In this document: positions 1 to 9,790 of the stretch, one piece after another
How the letters are laid out: every line of letters starts with the position of its first letter
Position numbering within the stretch: position 1 is the first letter of the stretch
NCBI GenBank assembly: GCA_963666285.1
Contig: OY762711.1
DNA from: Sedimentisphaerales bacterium
Lineage (GTDB): Bacteria > Planctomycetota > Phycisphaerae > Sedimentisphaerales > SM23-30
Direction: 5' to 3' (one strand)
Length of the DNA stretch: 64,000 bases
The notes under the pieces: generated by a model
Seen by the model: only the letters and a program-made list of their open reading frames with translations
Told to the model about the DNA's origin: nothing
The model's database searches: none
Position numbers and translations under genes: made by a program

Positions 1-1333
1 TTACAATCTGATTCAGGTCTTTCATCTGCTGGTCAAGGTCTTCCAGAACCTCTTCAGCATTTGGTATACCAGAATCTTCTTCCATAGCCGCTGCCTCTTC
101 GGCTGACACTTCTACCTCTTCAGCCTCCGGCACCTCGGCTGCTGGTTCTTCTGCTGCCGCCTCTTCCTGACCATCTTCTGCAAAGACATCCGCCAGCTCC
201 TCTATTTGCTTTTCCAGGTCTCCGGCAATAGCATCTTTTTCTTCTTCTGCCTCAACCTCTGGCTCTGGCCCAGCCTCTGCTGCAGATTCTTCTATACTCT
301 CTGCTGCCTGCTCTACTTCCAGGACAGACTCTTCTGCCGCTTCTGAAACAGCTTCCGGCTCTTCTTCGATAGCCTGAATCTCTTCGCTTTGATCTTTTTG
401 GGCAAGCTCCGCCACTGCCTCATCAAAAGCATCTTCTTCGGAAGCAGGTGTTTCCTCTTCCTGGCTATCTTCTACCAGAGATTCCACTTCTCCTACAGAA
501 TCCACATCTTCAGCGGCTTCCACAGCCTCTTCAGATTCTACAGGCGATACTGCTTCATCTACGACATTCTCCTTCTTCACCCCTTCTTTAGCTGACGCTT
601 CTTCTGCGATATCTTCAATATCACTTTCACTTATCTCCTGTGCCAGTTTCGCCAGCACATCATCTACACTCTCTTCTTCTGCCGGTTTTTCTTCTGCGGC
701 AGCCTCTTCCTTAGCTGCCTCAACTAAATCCTCGGCTTTTATCTCCGGCTCAACTTCAGTCTCAGCCTCAGGCTCTTCTATTGCTTCTAACTCTTCTACC
801 CCTGCTTCAGCCTCAACTCCAGCCTCAGGCTCTTCTATTGCTTCTGGCTCTTCTACCACTGCTTCAACTTCAGCATCTGGTTTATTTGCAGTTTCTGGTT
901 CTTCGCCAATGTCATCTATTTCTTTCAGCGCTTCACCATTAATTGCTTCAAGCTCAGCTGTCAGTTGTGCCAGCGGATCATCTTCTTCCGATTCCGCTTC
1001 TGATGTGTCTTGTCCCTCGGCTGAAATATCAGTATTTTCCTGCTGTGTATTATCGGACGCTCCCTCTGCTTCAAGCTCTTCCTCACCCGGAGTTTCTATA
1101 TCCTCACCGATACTTTCAAGTTCAGATGCCAGGCTGTCTAATACAGAATCTACATCATCAGCATCCTTTTTAGCTTCCAACTCGATATTTGATTCGTCGG
1201 TCGATGACTCAACATCATCACCAACCTCTCCTGACAGCTCGGATAGCGACTTTCCCGCGCTCTCCAGCAACTCATCGATATTGTCTGGAACGCCATCCTG
1301 ACTTTCCTGAATTTTTTTGTTTTCATCCGCCAT
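1..1333 (-). CDS. Long acidic, Glu/Ala-rich low-complexity protein (N-terminal part; runs off the window)
   Basis: Not in the ORF track. Manual translation from the ATG at 1333 gives MADENKKIQESQDGVPDNIDELLESAGKSLSELSGEVGDD..., and every stretch checked down to base 2 is open in this frame (...DLNQIV). The Ser-rich + strand ORFs here are its shadows. Confidence 0.85.
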   Translation of the reverse strand, partial: MADENKKIQESQDGVPDNIDELLESAGKSLSELSGEVGDDVESSTDESNIELEAKKDADDVDSVLDSLASELESIGEDIETPGEEELEAEGASDNTQQENTDISAEGQDTSEAESEEDDPLAQLTAELEAINGEALKEIDDIGEEPETANKPDAEVEAVVEEPEAIEEPEAGVEAEAGVEELEAIEEPEAETEVEPEIKAEDLVEAAKEEAAAEEKPAEEESVDDVLAKLAQEISESDIEDIAEEASAKEGVKKENVVDEAVSPVESEEAVEAAEDVDSVGEVESLVEDSQEEETPASEEDAFDEAVAELAQKDQSEEIQAIEEEPEAVSEAAEESVLEVEQAAESIEESAAEAGPEPEVEAEEEKDAIAGDLEKQIEELADVFAEDGQEEAAAEEPAAEVPEAEEVEVSAEEAAAMEEDSGIPNAEEVLEDLDQQMKDLNQIV

Positions 1334-1443
1334 TTTGTTACTTTCCGATTATTCGAAATACGGTTAAAATACACACTGGCTCTACCAGAGCAGTATTATG
1401 TATCGACAAAATCACAATCAACATAAACAGAGAAAGTAAAAAA

Positions 1444-2205
1444 TTGGAAAAAACCGCTAAAAACTGCATAAAAGGAACCAAATGGTTCCATTTTTGTCCT
1501 ATAACCAGCAATGTCATTGAAATCGAAGGTCCGGAATTCAAACATATTACAAAGGTTATGCGATTAAATCTGGAAGATTACGTGCAGATTTTTGACGGCA
1601 GCGGCACCATCGCAGCTGGTAAAATCACCGAAATTACCAAAAACTCTGTCAAGATTCTCCCGGAAAACATCGAAACTCTACCTGATACCAATGCCCAAAG
1701 TCCTATAATTATCGCTGCCAGCGTTGCCAAAAAAGACCGGTTTGAATGGCTTATCAGCAAATGCACCGAGCTGGGGGTTGACCACATATACCCGGTTATC
1801 TTCGAACGAACCGTAAAGCAGCCCGGCAACGAAAAAAAACTGATTGAAAGATATAAAACCCTCGCACTTAACGCAGCTAAACAGTGCCAACGGCTGTATC
1901 TGCCCATTATTGACTCCCCCGCTACCCTGGCCCAGACAATAAACAAAATAAAAGATAAACATCCAAATGCTTTACTAATTACAGGATCACTTGATGATTC
2001 TGCCGATTCAATAAGCAAAACCTTCCAAACTGATACCCCAATCGCTGCTTTGGTCGGCCCTGAAGGTGGCATGACCCCCGACGAAATCAATTTTCTTGAA
2101 ACTGTCGGATCATCTCCTGTTAAATTAACTGACTCTATTCTTCGGATTGAAACCGCGGCAATCGCTTTTGCCTCGATTTTGTGCACACTGAGAGACAGCA
2201 AATAA
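1444..2205 (+). CDS. rsmE: 16S rRNA (uracil1498-N3)-methyltransferase RsmE
   Basis: Motifs HITKVMRL, KKDRFEWLISKCTELGV, AAKQCQR, VGPEGG and ILRIETAAI. The start is uncertain; the in-frame TTG at 1444 was chosen because the ORF-track start at 1189 overlaps the opposite-strand gene. Confidence 0.93.
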   Translation: MEKTAKNCIKGTKWFHFCPITSNVIEIEGPEFKHITKVMRLNLEDYVQIFDGSGTIAAGKITEITKNSVKILPENIETLPDTNAQSPIIIAASVAKKDRFEWLISKCTELGVDHIYPVIFERTVKQPGNEKKLIERYKTLALNAAKQCQRLYLPIIDSPATLAQTINKIKDKHPNALLITGSLDDSADSISKTFQTDTPIAALVGPEGGMTPDEINFLETVGSSPVKLTDSILRIETAAIAFASILCTLRDSK

Positions 2206-2477
2206 TCACGCCCACCCGCCTGTAAAACTCATTGTTTAATAATTCCACGTTTTCCACAAACCTCTTTATTTTGCCGCAACATATCCATAACAACCTAAAA
2301 TCCAAAGACTTACAACATTTACTTACTTAATAAGATTTAAGATTATTCCCTAATAATAATATTTCTAGCTGAAATCATTAAGGATATAATAAAAAAACAA
2401 AATTATTGTCACATTTTTAAATCTAAATCAATTAGCTTAATAGACAGGCGAAATTCTAACCTTTCGCATTAAATGAG

Positions 2478-3008
2478 ATGGATCAGAATAATAACGATAA
2501 TAGATATAATTTGTTCCTGAAATTATTCATGGAACATCAGGGCAGGATATTAGGTTTTATCTTAAAACTTTTACCAAACTATTCTGCTGCCGAAGACATT
2601 CTTCAGGAAACAGCTTTGGTTTTGTGGGATAAATTCAGTACATTTGAAGAAAACACAAACTTCATGGCATGGGCTAAGCAGATTGCCAAAAACAAGGTAC
2701 TGGATTACATCAAAAAGAATAAAGTTCGTTCTATTGTTCAGTTTGATGCCGAAATAATACAAAACCTATCCGAAGAGGAAATCTCAAATTCCGCTGACGA
2801 TAAATACAGTGAAGCTTTACAGGAATGTGTTGGTAAACTGGAAAACAAAAGTAAAGAAGTTATAAGACTCAGATATATCGACAGGTTAAAGGTAAAGGAT
2901 ATCGCCAACAGGCTCGGACTTAGTGCAAACTCTTTATCAAAACATATTTCAAGGGTACACTTTCTGCTTAGAAAATGCATAGAAGACAAGATTTCAATGC
3001 AGGGATGA
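2478..3008 (+). CDS. ECF-type sigma-70 factor
   Basis: Region-2 motif AEDILQETALVLWDKF...NFMAWAKQIAKNKVLDY and region-4 HTH (VIRLRYIDRLKVKDIANRLG); directly upstream of a FecR-like gene. Confidence 0.93.
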   Translation: MDQNNNDNRYNLFLKLFMEHQGRILGFILKLLPNYSAAEDILQETALVLWDKFSTFEENTNFMAWAKQIAKNKVLDYIKKNKVRSIVQFDAEIIQNLSEEEISNSADDKYSEALQECVGKLENKSKEVIRLRYIDRLKVKDIANRLGLSANSLSKHISRVHFLLRKCIEDKISMQG

Positions 3009-3011
3009 CGT

Positions 3012-4739
3012 ATGGAAAACCAAACAGAAATCAGAATACATGAACTGGTATTCAAGTCAGTAGAAGGGATTATTACTGAACCGGAATGCCGCGAGCTTGA
3101 AACTATCGTCGCCAATAACATTCAAGCCAGGGATATTTATTCAAAATGCATTAAACTCAATATGAAAATGCTTAGCCTCAGGGAAAAATTCTCAGGCTCG
3201 TCTGATTTATCAATGATCGTTCATGACAGTAGCGATATTCATAGCCGGGGCGATAGTATCGACATATGCAATGAAATTCTTGATGTTCTCAGCGAAAAAG
3301 AAAACACTGCCCCTGCTGTTGATATAATTGAGGAACCGAAGAAACCTGTTATCGAAAAAGTCACGGTAAAACAGGTCGAGTCAAAACCGCACCTTTTTTA
3401 CCGTGTGTATAACGCTCTGGTTACTATTGCGGCTGTTTTTATGTTCCTCTTTATTGTTTATGCCAACATCTTTCCTCCTCAATATACAGAACCGGTGGCA
3501 ACTGTTACCGACCAGCTAAATGTTTCTTGGGATAAGAATTCTAAAAAGCTTAATATTGATGAGAGGATAATGACAAATCATCCTCCTTATATAATAGAAA
3601 AAGGCATCATTAGAATCTCATACGATCAAGGTGTTGAAGTCCTTATAGAGGGACCCGCTGAATTTGAAATCGAAAGAGCCGGCATATTCCTTGAATATGG
3701 CAAACTTTTCAGTAGTGTATCTGAAACCGGTCAGGGCTTTTCCGTCGATAGCCATTTTACCAGACTTGTTGACCTCGGAACAGAATTTGGCGTTGAAATC
3801 GACCGAAAAGGATCCTCTCAACTCCATGTTATAGATGGTAAAGTACAGTTTTATGCCGGAATTATTGGCGAAGATAAAGTCAGTAAAACGATCCATGAAT
3901 ATAATGCGGTTAGCTTCGATTCTACCAGCGGCAATGTCAGCTCCATACCTTTCAAGAAAGATGATTTCGTCCGACAGATCTGCTCTGATACCGGGATAAT
4001 CTGGAGAGGGCAAAACCGAATCGATCTGGCCGATATCGCTGGCGGTGGCAATGGATTCGGTACCGGAATGCTAGACTACGGGATTAACCATAAAGGTGAA
4101 ATCTGCAGGCTTAACCAAATAAATGTACAAAATAAAATTAAAGAATTTATTCAGATATCAGATAATCAATTTATCGATGGCATCTTTGTCCCGAACGGGC
4201 CAACCAAAATTGACTCAACAAACACAATCTTTTCGAATTTCGAATCTACTAATAACAGATTCTATATGGGTATTCTTAATGGTGCCTGGCATCAGCACAC
4301 AGATGATTCTGTTCCTCGCCATGCCCTGCGATTAGATGGCACAGAATGTGGAACCCTCGAAAAACCGGCTATATATATACATGCCAACCAGGGTATCACA
4401 TATGATCTGGACGCTATCCGCAAATACACAAAAATGAACATCGTACGATTTGTATCTAACTGTGGATTATCTGAATCTTATGGTGATTATACAGATGATA
4501 TATTAAAAGTAAGAAAAAAATTGATTGAAAAACCTAAAGCATCATTTTATGTCCTGGTAGATGGTCAGGAAAAGTTCCTTCGTAAAGATGCTACCTATCT
4601 TGATGGTACGGTAGAGATATCCGTTGATATCAGCCCGGATAATCGCTTTTTAACCCTGGCTACTACCCAGGGAAGCGATAATGGCAACGATGGCGACTGG
4701 ACTCTATTTGCTGAACCAGCCCTGGAACTCGCTAAATAA
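3012..4739 (+). CDS. FecR-domain anti-sigma factor with a TM helix and a C-terminal NPCBM-like carbohydrate-binding domain
   Basis: TM segment ALVTIAAVFMFLFIVYA; FecR motifs VLIEGPAEF and VDLGTEFGV...LHVIDGKV; C-terminus FYVLVDG...RFLTLATTQGSDNGNDGDWTLFAEPAL. Starts 3 nt after the sigma stop. Confidence 0.85.
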   Translation: MENQTEIRIHELVFKSVEGIITEPECRELETIVANNIQARDIYSKCIKLNMKMLSLREKFSGSSDLSMIVHDSSDIHSRGDSIDICNEILDVLSEKENTAPAVDIIEEPKKPVIEKVTVKQVESKPHLFYRVYNALVTIAAVFMFLFIVYANIFPPQYTEPVATVTDQLNVSWDKNSKKLNIDERIMTNHPPYIIEKGIIRISYDQGVEVLIEGPAEFEIERAGIFLEYGKLFSSVSETGQGFSVDSHFTRLVDLGTEFGVEIDRKGSSQLHVIDGKVQFYAGIIGEDKVSKTIHEYNAVSFDSTSGNVSSIPFKKDDFVRQICSDTGIIWRGQNRIDLADIAGGGNGFGTGMLDYGINHKGEICRLNQINVQNKIKEFIQISDNQFIDGIFVPNGPTKIDSTNTIFSNFESTNNRFYMGILNGAWHQHTDDSVPRHALRLDGTECGTLEKPAIYIHANQGITYDLDAIRKYTKMNIVRFVSNCGLSESYGDYTDDILKVRKKLIEKPKASFYVLVDGQEKFLRKDATYLDGTVEISVDISPDNRFLTLATTQGSDNGNDGDWTLFAEPALELAK

Positions 4740-4808
4740 AACATTGTTGGTTTTGTGTGTTCACAAAACTATAAAATATATTACTTAAATAAGTTTGGAG
4801 GTATTGAA

Positions 4809-7103
4809 ATGAAAAAACTGGTCACATTATTACTTTCTTGCATGCTTTGCTCAAGCACATTTGCAGCATCAAGTCCTTATCCCGTTGATTCGGACACTTT
4901 GCATTTATGGCATTTTGACGCACTGGCTAACGGTACTGTTTTGGATATGGTCGAATCCAATCCAAAAAACCTTACCCCTGCTAATGGATTAACTTTAACT
5001 GATTCACAAGCCGGCTTTGGAAATGCTGTCAATACTTATGACGGCGATGCTGTATCTCAGGTATACATCGGAGATTACGCTAATAAAATCCTTATCTCGG
5101 AATTATCTGGCACAGACGGTGCCTTTACCTTTGAAGCGATTGTCAAGCCTATGGTCGCCCAGGATGCTGTTCCACACCATATGGAAATCTTAACTCTTGA
5201 AGATGATGATGCTAACACCGAACGCGGGTTCCAATTCAGAATTAACGATAATGGCCAGCTCCGTTTCCAGACTATCGCAGGTATTATTGTCTCTTTTGAC
5301 GCAACTATTTCATTCACAGCCGACACCTGGTACCATGTTGCCGTAACTTATAACGGTCAGGAAAATACTGCCGACAACATCAAACTATACTGGACAGAAA
5401 TCGGTTCTGCCACATCTGCCCAGGAAGTAGGCTCTTACCAGCTCACCGAAGATCTGAAAAGTGATGTTTCCAGCTTTTTCTGCGTTGGTAATGAATTGAG
5501 AGCTAATGGTGGCTTTACAGAAAACTTCGAAGGTCTGGTAGATGAAGTTCGCATCAGTTCAATTGCTCGTTCTGCTGACGATATGTTGCCAATATCATCT
5601 ATCCCTTGGGCTAATAATCCTGCCCCGGTTCCCGGTGAAAAACTTGAAACCATGGACGCTATTTCTGAACTGCAGTGGAATACGGCTGAACTGGATAATG
5701 TCAGTCAACATTATTTATATATCTGCAAAGATGAACCGAATTTTGTCGATATTACTCCGGTAACAGTTACCGACCTTACCGACCCGATTACTGAGTCACT
5801 TCCAATCTCTCTTGAAAGTGATAGCCTGTACTTCTGGCGCGTCGATGAAAGTATCAGCAACTCTGCTCCTACTGACGCTGCTACCGTAACCGGTCCAATC
5901 TGGGTATTCGAAACTCCGCCTTCAATACCTATCATACTAAACGCTCCTGAAAGCCTGCGTGTTTTCGACTCTGAAGCTGCTGCTTCTCTGGCATGCAAAT
6001 TCTCAAGCTTATCTGAGCCAACTGTTCAATGGTACAAAGTTGGTGACACTAATCCATTATCTGCTGGCGGCAATATATCTATCAGCATATCACAGGACGG
6101 CAGCACATACACCTCCACACTTCAAATCGCTACACCTTCTATAAGCGATGAAGGTGAATATTACTGCGAAATCACTAATAGTGCTGATACGGTTTCTTCA
6201 GATAACGCATATCTGATCATCAAACGCCTGCTCGCTCAATATGACTTTGAAAACACCCTTGCACCAACCGCCGGTGAAGCTGATGCCCCAACTGGTATCG
6301 GCAAATCCATGGCCGGTCTGGTTGACCCTAACGAGCTGCAAGCTGCTGATATTACTCTGGATTTCGAAACTGGTTTTGACAGTCTCGGTCAGGCTGTTGT
6401 TATTGATGCTGATGAATTCATCGATTTCAGTACTGAAGGCTATCCAAAAGCCGGTGCTGTTGATGGCGGACTGGGCCTTGGTATGGACGCTGGTACATTT
6501 GTTTGCTGGATTAAACCGACTTCAATTGGAATTCTATATCAAAACTTCAACGATGGAAACGCAAGTGGCATAAGCGCTAGCCTGGAAGCAGATTCAAGTG
6601 CTCGTATCTATGTTAGAAGTGAGAATAATCATAATGTTGAAATTCTCGGCAAACCTGACAGACCTGAATATGACATCTTCGACGGCAACTGGCATATGTT
6701 CGCCTTTACCTGGGAAGCAGGAAAGACAAGTACGGTATACGTTGACGGTCAGCCGGTAGCATCTGGCAGCACTGCCAACAATACCCCATTTGCTCAATGG
6801 CAGTATTCTGTTCTGCTTGGTGCCGGTCGCCAGACTGCTAATCGCCAGTTCCTGCAGCCGGAATTTGCCGCTTCTGTTGACTATCTGAGAATATACAACT
6901 ACAAACTGGACGAAGAAACAAATGATGTCTTTGCCCAGGAATATCTTGACGCTACGGGTATTGTCCCTTGTCTGAATGTGAATTTTGATGGAGTTCAATA
7001 TAACTTTGATAATTCTGGTTCGTCTTATTGCCGGATAGATCTGGCTGACTTCGCTGTCTTTGCCGCTTCCTGGTTGGATGACGGTCTATTTGATGCCCAG
7101 TAA
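4809..7103 (+). CDS. Secreted LamG-like jellyroll / Ig-domain protein with a C-terminal dockerin-like motif
   Basis: RBS GGAGG then MKKLVTLLLSCML signal peptide; LamG motifs WYHVAVTY..FEGLVDEVRIS and WHMFAFTW..VDYLRIYNY; Ig motif DEGEYYCEITN; C-terminal CRIDLADFAVFAASWL. Confidence 0.85.
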   Translation: MKKLVTLLLSCMLCSSTFAASSPYPVDSDTLHLWHFDALANGTVLDMVESNPKNLTPANGLTLTDSQAGFGNAVNTYDGDAVSQVYIGDYANKILISELSGTDGAFTFEAIVKPMVAQDAVPHHMEILTLEDDDANTERGFQFRINDNGQLRFQTIAGIIVSFDATISFTADTWYHVAVTYNGQENTADNIKLYWTEIGSATSAQEVGSYQLTEDLKSDVSSFFCVGNELRANGGFTENFEGLVDEVRISSIARSADDMLPISSIPWANNPAPVPGEKLETMDAISELQWNTAELDNVSQHYLYICKDEPNFVDITPVTVTDLTDPITESLPISLESDSLYFWRVDESISNSAPTDAATVTGPIWVFETPPSIPIILNAPESLRVFDSEAAASLACKFSSLSEPTVQWYKVGDTNPLSAGGNISISISQDGSTYTSTLQIATPSISDEGEYYCEITNSADTVSSDNAYLIIKRLLAQYDFENTLAPTAGEADAPTGIGKSMAGLVDPNELQAADITLDFETGFDSLGQAVVIDADEFIDFSTEGYPKAGAVDGGLGLGMDAGTFVCWIKPTSIGILYQNFNDGNASGISASLEADSSARIYVRSENNHNVEILGKPDRPEYDIFDGNWHMFAFTWEAGKTSTVYVDGQPVASGSTANNTPFAQWQYSVLLGAGRQTANRQFLQPEFAASVDYLRIYNYKLDEETNDVFAQEYLDATGIVPCLNVNFDGVQYNFDNSGSSYCRIDLADFAVFAASWLDDGLFDAQ

Positions 7104-7123
7104 TATATTATTAACATGTACAC

Positions 7124-7159
7124 AATATGTCGGCTCACTTTACGGTGAGCCGGCATATT
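7124..7159 (+). terminator. Intra-operon stem-loop (terminator/attenuator or mRNA stabiliser)
   Basis: AATATGTCGGCTCAC-tttacg-GTGAGCCGGCATATT: a 15-bp stem with one G-U pair, just after the stop at 7103. Confidence 0.6.
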
Positions 7160-7261
7160 GATATTTAAACTAATACTGTTTTTTTGATAACTTGTGTATT
7201 TTACTTCCAGCAAGAGGTTTGCTGGAGTACACATATTAAAATCCCCTTCGGAGGTAAGAAA

Positions 7262-7987
7262 ATGAAGAAAGTTGTTTTATTTTTACTTGGTATGATTGCC
7301 GTAGCATCACAAGCTGCTGTTATCGATGATTTTAATGATACAGATCTATCCGAGTATACTATCAATTTTGTGCTCGACCATGCTGCTGGTTATTCAACCA
7401 CCTACTCATCACCTTCAGGAACCCTTCAGGCAACTAAAACTAATGATACATCGCCCGAACAAGTTACATTGTTACGTGATGATTACAGTCTCTCAATTGG
7501 TGATACACTTCGCATCGACACATCTGTAATCGCTGGCGGCTATATGGACTTTGGTCTTGCCGTAGCAAAATCAGCCGATCTTGCTGATGTTGTTGAAGGC
7601 GAAACTGGTGACGTTAGAGATGGATTCTTGACCATATATTTTAAGACAAGCTGGGGATCTATCGGATATGCAGGATGGGATAGCGGAAATATTGGTGGTA
7701 ATTCTGGTGCCGCCTCTCCAGCATATAGTGATGTAACAGGCCTTTACATTAGCCGTCTGAGTACATATGAGTTTGAAGCTGGATACTCTACTGCCAGTGG
7801 TGACTCTTCAGTTGTAACATGGACTTGCACTAACAGCGACATTGGAAATGCTGTTGGCTTTTATTCCGATCTAAGAACACAAGATGCTACAGTGGGTAAC
7901 TTTGACAATCTGACTATCGTTCCTGAACCGGCTACAATGGCATTATTAGGTCTGGGCGGATTAGTCGCTATTCGTAAACGTAAATAA
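7262..7987 (+). CDS. PEP-CTERM sorting domain protein
   Basis: RBS GGAGG, signal peptide MKKVVLFLLGMIAVASQA, C-terminus VPEPATMALLGLGGLVAIRKRK. Confidence 0.92.
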   Translation: MKKVVLFLLGMIAVASQAAVIDDFNDTDLSEYTINFVLDHAAGYSTTYSSPSGTLQATKTNDTSPEQVTLLRDDYSLSIGDTLRIDTSVIAGGYMDFGLAVAKSADLADVVEGETGDVRDGFLTIYFKTSWGSIGYAGWDSGNIGGNSGAASPAYSDVTGLYISRLSTYEFEAGYSTASGDSSVVTWTCTNSDIGNAVGFYSDLRTQDATVGNFDNLTIVPEPATMALLGLGGLVAIRKRK

Positions 7988-8056
7988 TTAATTTTGATCG
8001 AATTATTACTATTGATCTGTTGTGGGCCTGGCATCAGGCTCACAACAGATATTTTT

Positions 8057-9637
8057 ATGATGAAAGAAAAGAGAAAATCTAAACAGATAAGATTCGCCTT
8101 TCCTGCTCTGTTTTTAACAGCTTATTTTTTGGCTGCTCTGAATTCTGCTCTCGCACAAATTAGCGTGGACAGGATCGGAGACTATCTTATCGATTCCGAA
8201 GCCTTTACTCTGGTTGGCGGCAATTATGGTACAAGCATTAATGGTCTGTCATTCCAGCAGGATATGGTTATCACCCACCTGAGCTGGCAGTATGTAGCTT
8301 ATTATAATGGAAGTCATCATGTCTGTATTGCTAGAAGGAAATTACCGACAACAAATTGGCAGATACTTGAACTGACCGATTATTACTTCGACAGCAATGA
8401 CGCCCATAATATAATCTCAATGGGTATTTGCCCCAATGACGGTACTATCCATCTGGCATTTGACCATCATGTACACCCTCTCCACTATAGAATTTCAAAC
8501 ATAAATACTGCTGCCGATCCAGATTCCACAACCTGGATACCTTCTGTCTTTGAAGCTACCAGAAACTATTTAGAGACAGGTAAAAGCGTTTCAGGGCTTA
8601 CCTATCCGCGGTTCTGGCAGACTCCAAATGGCAACCTTCAGATGAGTTACCGCTTCGGAGGTTCCGGCAGCGGCGATATGTACCTTGTCGATTATGATGG
8701 CAACACTCATTCATGGGGCAATACCAGGAAAATTATTGCTCGCAATGGTATTTATTCTGATTATCGGGATACCAGTTCATCCCGTAACCCGTATATGAAT
8801 GCCTTTACCTATGACGCTAACGGTCGCCTCCATGCAACCTGGTGCTGGCGTGAACAGACTCAATGGGCCAACCACGATATCCTTTATGCCTATAGCGATG
8901 ATGGCGGCTTCACCTGGTACAATAATAACGTCCCCTCCGGGGTCAAATTTGAAACCGGGACTGATACCGCTCAGACTTTGCTAAAACTGAATTACCCTGA
9001 AACTCAGCCCCAAATTATTGGGGCCTATACAGGCAATACCACCGATGACACCTGTATCAACCTTAATTCCAACGGGCTGATTGTCGTTCCTGTTAGTAGA
9101 GCTTACGGGCTTATGAACCAGCAGACTCAGGCTGTAGACCCATGGAACAGGCCCCACATAGTTATGTGGCATTGTACAGACGAAAGTTACCGGTATGCCG
9201 TTTCTCAAGGCATCAGCATTGGAGAGACTTGGGGGCCGGCCATTGCACGCAGGTACCATCATTACTGGCGCGATTCATATGGTAAATGGCAGCATAGAGA
9301 GTTACCGGAAGTCGCGGGAAACAGACCAAAACTTTTCATCAAAAGTAACGGAGATGCCTTTCTTGCTTATATCGCAGCTATGAATCCACTGCCTTCAGGT
9401 GCTGTCGGCAAATATTCAAGCGGCGACCTGGTAATTATGGCTGCTACCGCTGATACTGAGTGGACTGACTGGAAATATGTCATATCCGAAAGCGGACCTT
9501 TTGGCAACGAAGTACAAGGCGACTACCACAGGTTCAGGCTCGATGAAATTTTATCTGTAAACGTACAGGACAGACAAACCGATACTGATTACCTGACACC
9601 GCTTAGAATTATTGATTTTGATTGTAGTTTAAAATAA
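8057..9637 (+). CDS. BNR-4 repeat beta-propeller; candidate PL42/GH145-type rhamnose-releasing enzyme
   Basis: Signal peptide; motifs INGLSFQQD, NDAHNIISMGI..DGTIHLAFDHH, TYPRF, LHATWCWRE, NHDILYAYSDDGGFTW (Asp box) and GLMNQ. Confidence 0.75.
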   Translation: MMKEKRKSKQIRFAFPALFLTAYFLAALNSALAQISVDRIGDYLIDSEAFTLVGGNYGTSINGLSFQQDMVITHLSWQYVAYYNGSHHVCIARRKLPTTNWQILELTDYYFDSNDAHNIISMGICPNDGTIHLAFDHHVHPLHYRISNINTAADPDSTTWIPSVFEATRNYLETGKSVSGLTYPRFWQTPNGNLQMSYRFGGSGSGDMYLVDYDGNTHSWGNTRKIIARNGIYSDYRDTSSSRNPYMNAFTYDANGRLHATWCWREQTQWANHDILYAYSDDGGFTWYNNNVPSGVKFETGTDTAQTLLKLNYPETQPQIIGAYTGNTTDDTCINLNSNGLIVVPVSRAYGLMNQQTQAVDPWNRPHIVMWHCTDESYRYAVSQGISIGETWGPAIARRYHHYWRDSYGKWQHRELPEVAGNRPKLFIKSNGDAFLAYIAAMNPLPSGAVGKYSSGDLVIMAATADTEWTDWKYVISESGPFGNEVQGDYHRFRLDEILSVNVQDRQTDTDYLTPLRIIDFDCSLK

Positions 9638-9678
9638 GAAATTACCCAAACATATAGGAGTTTACTTTCGTAATTTTT

Positions 9679-9773
9679 AAGTTTTTCATTCACAAGGCCC
9701 TGTTACGGCCTTTGCGTATAACGTTTAACAGTCAAAAGTGCGACATGCATATGATGCGAAGCATAAACCGCAC
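9679..9773. repeat. Dispersed intergenic repeat family B, copy 1
   Basis: AAGTTTTTCATTCACAAGGCC...CCTTTGCGTATAA...AACAGTCAAAAGT...GCATAAACCGCAC; aligns with 43869-43966 and partly with 18073-18143. Confidence 0.8.
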
Positions 9774-9790
9774 TGGGAGATAGAAAAGAA

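Noticed and set aside
389..1301. + strand ORFs 389-595, 909-1301 and 943-1173, and the 1189 start for rsmE
   Set aside because: They are antisense shadows of the acidic minus-strand gene, and RsmE homology begins only near 1480.
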